This document shows, in pieces, positions 43,901 to 51,800 of a DNA stretch of 64,000 nucleotides (within the stretch, counting starts at the first letter, position 1; each line of letters begins with the position of its first letter). Source of the stretch: Thecamonas trahens ATCC 50062 (lineage: Eukaryota; Protista; Apusomonadida). Under the pieces are notes generated by a model that had not been told where the DNA came from, made no database searches, and was given only the letters and a program-made list of their open reading frames with translations. The stretch is from the NCBI RefSeq assembly GCF_000142905.1, contig NW_013657650.1:1-64000 (forward strand), given 5' to 3'. A program made the translations under genes and the position numbers.

Positions 43901-44314
43901 CGGATCAGGCGACGATGGCGAAGTAGCGGCCGAGACCGAAGGCGAAGGCGGCGACGACTTGCCTGCTTCCGTCATGGTAACAACTGTGAGGTCGTAGTTC
44001 CAGCCCGGCTGAAGGCCCGTGACGGTGTGGGAGGTGAGCGAGGGCGAGGCGAGGAGGACCGAGACCGGGGAGGGAGCCGCAGGAGAAGGCGGAGGAGCGG
44101 CGAGAGCGGTGGCGGCGATACGGAAGCCAGCAATGGGCGAGGGAGGAGCACCCGTGTATGTCGGCAGCTGCCACGAGAGAGAGACAGACTCGGCAGACGA
44201 GCCAGTCACCGCCAGCCCTGACGGAGGGTCAGGGAGGGAGCCAGCTGCAGAGGCCGAGCTGGTGAGGAGGAGGAGAAGGAGGAGGACGGGGCATGTGGGC
44301 CACCATACCCGCAT
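40994..44314 (-). CDS. Type I membrane protein with about 5-6 fibronectin type III repeats and a Calx-beta-like Ig domain
   Basis: Signal peptide MRVWW...LLLLLLLTSSASA; PDPPSGL...SLSWQLP, VTGLQPGWNY, LVPGTRY, TGLAQGTGY; FAPGEWNIPQTISV; TM VAVWVILIVLAVLCIGAVAVVAV; disordered tail. Confidence 0.85.
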   Translation of the reverse strand: MRVWWPTCPVLLLLLLLTSSASAAGSLPDPPSGLAVTGSSAESVSLSWQLPTYTGAPPSPIAGFRIAATALAAPPPSPAAPSPVSVLLASPSLTSHTVTGLQPGWNYDLTVVTMTEAGKSSPPSPSVSAATSPSSPDPPTDLAIASPPAPRAISLQWNAPVETGFGGGEQLAVAGYHIAYVATEGPAAGADVVAVTPDDATSATLFLSVLPGTTFSIRLSTLNSAGLLSPFSTPPLVVVTPVGPPDPPGLLELVSSLLIAPALATDPHTVSSDLDFVPPLAVGAASAHVAAYNASLTRFDGPDAPYTPVAFVLPAAKPWRLHALVPGTRYELTLATHNSLGVTSHASAPLAFTTPVAPPSAIPLLSLSPSSAPAPVGTPATLAATWSLPAFSGGAAVALDNVTLVLVDASGVVTSQTLPASAPFSTTFTGLAQGTGYTVTATATSDAGLTSAAVTADGATAPGIPAAPTSVAVAGVGETYVELSFTINSPDALGGTLASLANVTISVDGIGSRTLTVSQLTVISSGWPSQYVASSGGDPFFRLLGSTSYTARLAVTSSAGLASAASTPVSFTTLAWGSDPRLDFAPPLPLVVRETDAGTAFSLLLTLPTPPAPGTTISVPLAIDSPHIELRTTSVAFAPGEWNIPQTISVVALGSPVAHRAADGSPQLPAGLSLGPLVVAGPDAASSASLFYSGFASTVADAVIFVDTDVIAINATAVLTPPPPGAQTGMLAVLSIAISLASTPVGPVTLDMTASPLLAAAGATSLSLPGTATVELSADALVALAAEPTVPLGTVAAPSDPGYAALAPSVYVADADAYLPAASAHAAAPPTTWSKYVAVWVILIVLAVLCIGAVAVVAVASYVRGQGMGSKRPTAVQPSPPATPRHDALAAVAAGGSAGRGVRLAELDSSEAPLPMTDAAPRRSPFSTGAKAPRPLRSSGSSGRVARAALAPSPVHLAETPAGAAARGRIGIDASVATPLGRAETPLGSSTAAGARPSRPTTTYAGPGLVRGDRSLEASTMEDSALASEASMLHSSLSPTRILGLHPTPSSARRRPLALPPVHKASPVPFMPLPRTPSQSHPAGPDPVTPIPYLHRTPTGPSPESH

Positions 44315-44456
44315 GCTTGGAGGGGGTAGGAATGTGGGGGAGGGGAGGGGGAGGGAGAGAGAGAGAGAGAGAAGGTAAAAGGTCGTGGTTCTGTGCGCGG
44401 GGGGCGGAGGGTGTGGTGCCTGTGCGCGCCAAGGGTGGCATGGGCGACAGACCGAG

Positions 44457-44506
44457 TTTGGCGCCAAAATACGAGAAATGGCGCCAAAATATGGTGGCGC
44501 CAAAAA
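44457..44506. promoter_or_regulatory. Three TGGCGCCAAAA (E2F-like TTTGGCGC) motifs in a divergent promoter
   Basis: tttggcgccaaaa...tggcgccaaaa...tggcgccaaaaa within 50 bp; the first copy is palindromic. Confidence 0.5.
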
Positions 44507-44711
44507 TGTTAAACGTCACGTGAGGATGAACCATAAATTCAAGGAGAGGCTTTGATGGTGGCTGTGGCTGTGGCGAGGTGGCGAATGTTCCAGAAGAGTG
44601 AGGCGAGGCGCGGCATGTTGCCAAACGTGGCGGAGGGGGGGGGGGGGGGGGGACAAGGGCCACATACAGGGGACCGGGTGATACCTGACCACTTTTATTC
44701 CATTGTACACC

Positions 44712-45887
44712 ATGTCTCGTAACCGTCGTCGTCGCTGTGTGGCTTGCTCGCGGGCTGTGGCGCCCGAGGGCTTTGCCAAGGACATGCTCCTTGCCGAAGC
44801 CGATGTCCGTGTCTGTCTCAAGTGCCAGGGGCAGGGCCAGGGGCAGGGCCAGGGCCAGGGTCAGGGGCAGGGCCAGGGGCAGGGCCAGGGGCAGGGACAA
44901 GGCATGGGGGCGGGTATGGGCCAGATGGCTACGCGCGGATCGGTGGAGGAGCACGAGGCGGCTACCATGCGGGCGCAACAGGAGGCTGACTATCAGGCGG
45001 CGGCTCGGGCGCAGCAGCAGGCCGATTACGAGGCGGCGGTGGCGGCAGAGGCGCAGGCGGCGGCTCGGGCACAGCAGCAGGCCGATTACGAGGCGGCGGT
45101 GGCGGCAGAGGCGCAGGCGGCGGCTAGGGCGCAGAAGCAGGCCGATTACGAGGCGGCAGAGGCGGCGGCAATGGCAGAGGCCGAGGTGGCCGGACGGGCA
45201 GCAGCGATGGCCCGGGCACAGGCCGAGGCCGAGGCCGAGGCGCAGGCGCAGGCGCAGGCGCAGGCGCAGGCCGGCGCAGGCGCAGGCGCAGGGCCTGGGG
45301 CTGGCGCGGGAGGCTCTCTGGTGGAGGCGCAGGAGGAGACGACGATGATGCGGTTCCCAGGGATGCAGACCGCGTTTGCGGCGCGCGCCGAGGCCGATCC
45401 ACAGCTGTCCGAGGCGAGCAAGACCATTGCCGCCAACACGTTTGTGACGGGCTACGAGCAGAGCGCCGACGGGCGGTTCCGGATCGAGTTTACCACCTTT
45501 GGGCGCGGCGACAAGGCGGTGCAGTTTGACGCTGGTTGGGTGCCGATGCCATGGGAGGAGGCCAGCGAGGTGCTTCCGGACCCGTCTGCACTCCAGGGCC
45601 GCGTGGTGCGGGTCCGGCCGAACCCGGCCATTCCCTTCCGCCCGGTCTTTGGCACGCTGATGGACAGCAAAGACGCGTGGGCGGTGCCCGCGCCCGAGGG
45701 CGCGTGGGGCCTCATCCTCGCCACGCTCGACCTGGAGGGTCTCGTCGCACCCGAAGACCTCGTCCAGTTTGTGGCCTTCCTCAACGACTTTCCGGTCCGC
45801 GGCTTTGTCTCGCTCGACGACATCGCGCCGTTCCTCTCCGAGCACGAGCACATGGCTGTTGTCCAGCAGCTCCAAGGCCCACAGTAG
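44712..45887 (+). CDS. Hypothetical protein: N-terminal CxxC...CxxC zinc-binding motif, QG/QA repeats, 20-aa tandem repeats and a globular C-terminus
   Basis: CVAC...FAKD...CLKC; ARAQQQADYEAAVAAEAQAA about 3 times (60-bp unit). Confidence 0.65.
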   Translation: MSRNRRRRCVACSRAVAPEGFAKDMLLAEADVRVCLKCQGQGQGQGQGQGQGQGQGQGQGQGQGMGAGMGQMATRGSVEEHEAATMRAQQEADYQAAARAQQQADYEAAVAAEAQAAARAQQQADYEAAVAAEAQAAARAQKQADYEAAEAAAMAEAEVAGRAAAMARAQAEAEAEAQAQAQAQAQAGAGAGAGPGAGAGGSLVEAQEETTMMRFPGMQTAFAARAEADPQLSEASKTIAANTFVTGYEQSADGRFRIEFTTFGRGDKAVQFDAGWVPMPWEEASEVLPDPSALQGRVVRVRPNPAIPFRPVFGTLMDSKDAWAVPAPEGAWGLILATLDLEGLVAPEDLVQFVAFLNDFPVRGFVSLDDIAPFLSEHEHMAVVQQLQGPQ

Positions 45888-45994
45888 CCGCTGCAGGCGG
45901 TCCTCGCGCACGTCGGCCAGGCACCGCGCCACGGCTTTGGGAGCAAGTAAACCGGCAGATGTCGCCACACACACTCGACTCGCCAGAGTGAGCC

Positions 45995-47153
45995 ATGTGG
46001 ACAGCGAGTGAGCAGCTGGCCCAGTACCAGCCGGCTGTGGTCTGGTTGCTGTATGTCTGCGGCATGCTCGTCATTCCGCTCCACGTGTGGTACCCGTGGC
46101 TGGCAGAGCATGTCCAGCGCGGGTACGACGGACCGCCGTGGTTTGCCATTGCCCTCGTCGCCCTCTGGCTCCCCGCCATTGTCTCGCTGGTGGCCATGCG
46201 CGCAGGTACGGATGGATGGGGGGGGAGGGGTACGGACTCATCGGGAAAGGGACGGCTGACCGTGGGCGTGATGGCGATCTCATCTGATGCGATGCTGTGC
46301 TGTGACCCCGACGCGACGGATGCCGTGACGGGTGCTGTGCCGGATGTGGTGGTGGCTGCTGTGGCGGACACTGCTGTGTTGAAACGCGTGACGGATCCCG
46401 TGGCGGATCCCGTGGTGGATCCCTGCCATCGCCGCCTCTGCCACCATCGCCGTATCAGTCATCCTCACCGACCCGGGCTACCCGCCACCCAACTACAAGC
46501 AATCTTCCAAACGATGCTCACGCTGCAAGGTGGGCAAACCGCCACGATCGCACCACTGCTCGACGTGCAACCGATGCGTGCTGATGATGGATCACCACTG
46601 CGGCTGGCTTGGAGTATGCATCGGTCACGCAAACCGCAAGGCCTTTGCGCAGATGCTGGTGTGGATGCTGGCTGCCATCTCCATCCTTGTCGCCGTCTCG
46701 TGGCTCCGCGTCTACACTTGGCTCATTGTCCGCCTAGGCGACTACCGTGATGCCCCGGCCTGGCACCGCGCCGTCGACTTGCGGATTCTGCCATCACAGA
46801 CCGGCTCGGCCGAGCTGGCTCTCCTTGCGCTCGCCGCCACCGTCTACCCGCTGGCCGCGCTTGGCATCGCCTTGCTCCTCACCGCCCAGCTCCGCAACAT
46901 GTGGCGGGGCGTGACTCAGATCGAGTCGTGGGAGCTGGCTGCAGCCACTGAGGCTGCCGCAGCCATGCCGGGCTGCCCTACGCCTTACTTTCCTTACGCT
47001 GCGCCGTCGGGCATGGCCAATCTGCGCGCCGTGCTTGGCCCGCTCCCGCTCTTCTTCCCCATCCATCTCTCGGCCCCAGTCTACGGCTCTGGCGTCGTCT
47101 TTACCAAGCATCCGCCACCATCGCCCACACACGCCGACATGTACACCATGTAG
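45995..47153 (+). CDS. DHHC palmitoyltransferase; exons 45995-46205 and 46459-47153
   Basis: A GTACGG...TCAG intron yields AMRAVILTDPG, followed by CSRCKVGKPPRSHHCSTCNRCVLMMDHHCGWLGVCIGHANRKAF, TQIE and NLRAVLG. Confidence 0.92.
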
Positions 47154-47178
47154 CTAGTCGCCCCCCTCCCCCCTTTCT

Positions 47179-47643
47179 CTACAAATTCGGCGCCTCATAG
47201 CCCGGAATGACATCGGCGCCGTCCGAGTTCTTGATCAGCGCCGTCTGCGCGTCGCCACTCGGCGCGTCCTCCAGCTGCAGCGGCAGTGCTGGCGACGTGT
47301 CATGGACAAGGACCCAATACATGCAGCCTGCAAACGGAAAGAGGAGCATACTCACCAGAAACACGATACACACAGCCTTGCCTGCGTTGCTTCCGGCCTT
47401 GACTGCCCCCACCGCAAAGCCGACCATAGCTCCCACGTAGAGGCACGCCATCGCTCCAGCCCCCGCCACCATGGCCCTGCTCACCTCTTGACTTCCACTT
47501 GCCAGTCCTTGTCGCGCATCGACGGGCGACCGCTGCGCCGCCTCGACCTCGCCCATGAACGCATGCGTATCATACACCGAGCTCCGTCCTGACACCGACA
47601 TGCTTTCGCTGATAGCGATAGTTGTCGTCAGAGTGATGTCCAC
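47179..47643 (-). CDS. Small hypothetical 2-TM protein; start uncertain (ATG at about 47601)
   Basis: Two hydrophobic segments; convergent with the DHHC gene. Confidence 0.45.
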   Translation of the reverse strand: MDITLTTTIAISESMSVSGRSSVYDTHAFMGEVEAAQRSPVDARQGLASGSQEVSRAMVAGAGAMACLYVGAMVGFAVGAVKAGSNAGKAVCIVFLVSMLLFPFAGCMYWVLVHDTSPALPLQLEDAPSGDAQTALIKNSDGADVIPGYEAPNL

Positions 47644-48054
47644 CGCACGTTCGTCTCAGGAGCAAGTACTCTGTCCACGCTGCGGCGATGTTGTTGCCAC
47701 GATGCCCGATGCGATGCTGTTGATGTCGATGACGGCTCGAAGTCTGCCAATTGATCAATGGCCAACGTTCCAACAATCGATGACCCTCGCCAGCCAACCA
47801 CCTTCTCAATCCTCGCCTGCGGTAGACACACGGACGCCACAACAACACCACTTGCTACAGATACCAGCCACCACACACCTCGTGCGCTTGTCGAGTTGGG
47901 TGCGTGCAAATGGGAGAGGTGCCCCAAACAAGCACGCGCCACCTCCGCCCTCTCGCCGCGCTTGCCAAACAGGGTCCCTCTCTGTCCCGTCTCGCTTTCC
48001 TCCATTTGTTCCGACTGTGGCCATTTGTTCCGATCAGCAGCAGCGTCTACGGCT

Positions 48055-48885
48055 CTACGACGACGAACTCCTGGCTGAAGACGGGCGTGTCGATCGCGAC
48101 GATATGCCGCTGCTGGACGACGAGCCGAGCAGCGAGGTGGTTGATGACATGGTCGAGGACTCTGGCGAGCGGCGTGTGACCGAGCCTGCGTCACCAAACG
48201 CGTCGCGCGAGTACCGCCCGCCGCGGACACTTAACCCAGTCGCCTCCGACTTTTCCAGCAGCGCGTAGTTGGACCAGTTTGCGAGCGCCGTGGCAATCGG
48301 CGATGGGAACTCGGCCGTCTCGCCACCGGGCTTGCCTGTCGCCAGCACCAGTGGCGTCCCGGTCAGCGACTCCTTGAGCACGTAGGTACCGTAGATCGGC
48401 GACGACGCGCCGCCTGTCCACAGCCAGGCACCTTTGCGCGACGGCGATGCGCCGGCGCCGAGCAGCAGCAGCACCATGTCCCGCGATTCGCGAAGAACCG
48501 CCAAATGCAACAGCGTGCCTGAGATGAGGAACTTCTGCTCCGAGAACCGCCAGTCGTGGGCACCCGTGCCGCCGCGGGAACCCGTGCCCTGGCGGCGTCC
48601 TCCCGCCGTGACGGATACACATCAAAGGCTGTCGACTGCGTATGAGCCGACATGTGCTGGTAGCCACCAGTGGCGGTGTGCAGGATCTCGACGTGCTTCC
48701 ATCCATCGGTAGCCGTCGTCACATACCGCTCCCGTCCACGGAGCCTTCCGCGCGTCACTGCTCTCCGCTCGTACTCTGACGAGAACTGCAGGGCGGCCGA
48801 GGCCGAGACAGCCCGACCGCCGCGGGCCAGGATGGCTGCAGCCCGCTCTACATCGCCTCGGTTCACCGCGTCTTCCAGATCGCCT
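48055..48885 (-). pseudogene. Start-less, frameshifted ankyrin-like gene fragment abutting the integrin alpha-like 3' end
   Basis: DLEDAVNRGDVERAAAILARG in one frame and GTLLHLAVLRESRDMVLLLLGAGASP in another (shift near 48615); no ATG available. Confidence 0.5.
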
Positions 48886-51800
48886 TGACGTTGTCCGAGA
48901 GCAGCTGCTCCGTCCGCGAGTTGGTGATGTTGACGTTGAAGACCCGCGTGCCGAGGAAAGTCGGCGTGAAGAGGAGCGTCGGGACGAGGCGACCACGGTC
49001 GACAAGCTCCGCACGGAGCGTGCAGGTCACCACGCGCACCGCCGGCTTGTCCACGCACGAGCCTTCGAGCAGGACCGCCGAGACGTAGGTCACATCCTCG
49101 GGGTACTCCACGTTGAGCACCAAGTCCTTCGCCGGGTTCCGCCCGCCATTGACCACCACGTCGCCACGGATCTCCATCGTTCCACCGCGCGGCGACGGGA
49201 CAGGGCCGTACGACGTGGCGAGCGCCACGTTGGTCGTCTTGTCCAGCAGCTCCGAGCCAAACACCACGTTGTTCGAGGTGTCAAAGTCGGGAATGCCGGT
49301 GTTTGTCACCGCAACTTGTGCGCGGATGGTGTCCGCCGCCGTGAACGGCGCCTCGACGAGAACATCGATGCTCATCTCTCCGCCGGCCAGAATCTGCGGC
49401 CACGTGCACGTCACGTTGGCGGCGGCGCCCGACACCACACACGTCACGCCGTTGGCCGACTGCGCCGTGAGGCCAGTCGGCGGCACGCCGTACACGGCCG
49501 GGATATGGAAGACCGTCGTTGCACCTGCCGGAATGTCGGACGCCGACGAGCCGGCCTTGAGGCCGATCGACCAGCGGACAGGCACCTCGGGAATCATGTA
49601 CAGCGGGCGGTTGTTGCCGTCGAGCAGCCGCGACGGCGGCTGCAGCGAGACACCGGCGTCGACCGCAAAGTACGAGTTGACCACAACAGCTGCATTGTTG
49701 TCGTGCAGGTTCTCCTCGAGCTCAAGCGTCGTCTGCGTCGTGTTCATCAGCACCGGAATCGGCGCGTCGGACGAAGACATCGTCTTGAACCGGTAAAAGA
49801 CCGACCGCGCTTCGAACCGAGGCGCGTCAAACTTGCACGAGACCACATAGTTGGCCTGGTCCCACACGCACGCCGGTGAGAACGAGGACGGCTGCGGCGC
49901 AGAGAGGAGGTACTGGATGCCAGTAGGCACCGTCAGGTTCGCCTCTACTCCAGCACACACCACCCGGCCGATGTTCTGGAACGTCGCAACCAGATTGAGG
50001 CCCTCCGAGCCGGCAACCACAGACGTCGGCGACGCAATGAGGTTGACCACAAGGTCGCACGTCTGCGTCACGTTGTATGCCTTGGTCACCGCCACATCGT
50101 TGGCCGAGTTCGAGTCGTCCGAGTCGGTCGTCACGGTAAAGGTCTGCACGTACTGGTTGTTGGTCACCAGCGACGTGATGCCGTCGAGGACCTGAAGCGT
50201 GTACGTGACGTTAAACTCCTCGCCGGACCGGAGCCGCGGAATGGTGCACGTCGACGCGCCGCCGCATGCCACGGTGTGGGTCGGCGACGTGTCCTGGGCC
50301 ACCACCGAGTCGTAGAAAAACGCCGACGTCGGCATGTTCGACGACAGCTGCACGTTGTACGCCGTCACCATCGCAGGTGCCGCGCGGACAACAACGACAT
50401 ACTCGATAAAGCCATCGAGGATGACAGAATTCGCCTCGGGCGGCTCCGACACAATCTGCACCGAGATGTCGACCGGCGCCGTGAGGCTAAACGAGTCCGA
50501 GCCGGTGGCGCCGTCCTCGTCCACCTCATCGGCGACAACCGAAAAGGTCACCGTCCGGGCCACGTTGGGCGTGTCGACGGTCGTCGAGAACGTGTACGTG
50601 ATCGTGCTGGGCGTGGGGCTGACCGGAATCGCGTTGAGCGGGCAGGTTGAGACCATAAACGTAGGCGCACCAGACTTGGGCGCCAGCGTGCACGCGCCGG
50701 CGAGGAGCGCGCCCGACGGTGCATTGAGCGAGAGGCCCTCGGCGGTCTCAAACTCAAACGTGGCGACGCCGTTGTTAGCCACCGAAGCGCCGTTGTTGCG
50801 GAAGGAGGCCGTGACCGTCACCTGCGCCGGAACGGCAACAGACGCAACCGGAGCGACGACCGAGGTCACCTCCAGGTCGGCCATCGGCAGGCCGCGGAGC
50901 ATGATGACACGGCCGACAGCCTGGGTAGCCATGCCCGACGCGTACCAGAACGGATGCGAGACAATGAGGTCGTTCCACGAGTCACCGTCAATGTCGACAG
51001 CCGAGACCATGGCACGACCAAACATGCCGTTCTCTTCAGGCATGGTGATGGCCTGCGCCGGCGTGGCGCCAAGGAAGCCGGTCACCGAGTCGCAGCCGCG
51101 GAACACGTAGACCGCGCCCTCGACGTTGTCGCCGGTGTTCGGCGCACCGATGACCACGTCCGGGCACCCGTCTCGGTTGAGGTCACCAGCAGGCGCAATC
51201 GCCTCTCCAAACTGGCCGTAGATGGCCGGGCCGGCCACCATCTGCGCAGCAGTCGTCGACGAAAGACCCGAAGCCGAGCCCGCGTACACGTACACGGCGC
51301 CGTCGTTGCCAGCGTTGACCTGGCGGAACGGCGCGCCCACAAGCAGGTCCATGAACCCATCACCGTTGACGTCGGCTGCGGCGAGGCCGCGGCCAAAGCC
51401 CGAGTTAAACGACGGGCCAGTGACAGCCCAGCCGGGCGTGGTCGACATCGTGGTGCCGGTCGTGCCGGGATAGACCAGGACGCGCCCGGTGTACCCGATG
51501 CCGCCCGACTGCTGCGTGTCCGAGTGGCGCGGCGCGGCAACAACAAGGTCGACACGGCCGTCACCGTTGAGCAGGTCAGCACGGGCATAGAGCCGGTTGC
51601 CAAACATGCCAAAGCCTTCGGCACCACGACGCGAAGACTGCGGGTTCTGCAGCCGCGTGTCATCAACAGTCGTACCAAAGTTGGACCGCGGGTTGTTGTA
51701 GATGTAGACGTAGCCCTCGCCACCGTACGGGGAGCCAAGGAGGTGGCGGCCGACAGCGACGCCGCCGGACCCGGTCAGCGTCGCACCGATGGCCACCGCG

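Noticed and set aside
47179-47643. The 2-TM ORF as the missing spliced TM exon of integrin alpha
   Set aside because: No strong donor at the alpha 3' end, an intervening ankyrin-like sequence, two TMs and no GFFKR-like motif.
49160-49172. RGD tripeptide in the last Ig-like repeat of the alpha-like protein, and RGD in the FN3 protein tail
   Set aside because: The first lies in a probable beta-strand (MEIRGDVVV) and the second is cytoplasmic; chance occurrence is likely.
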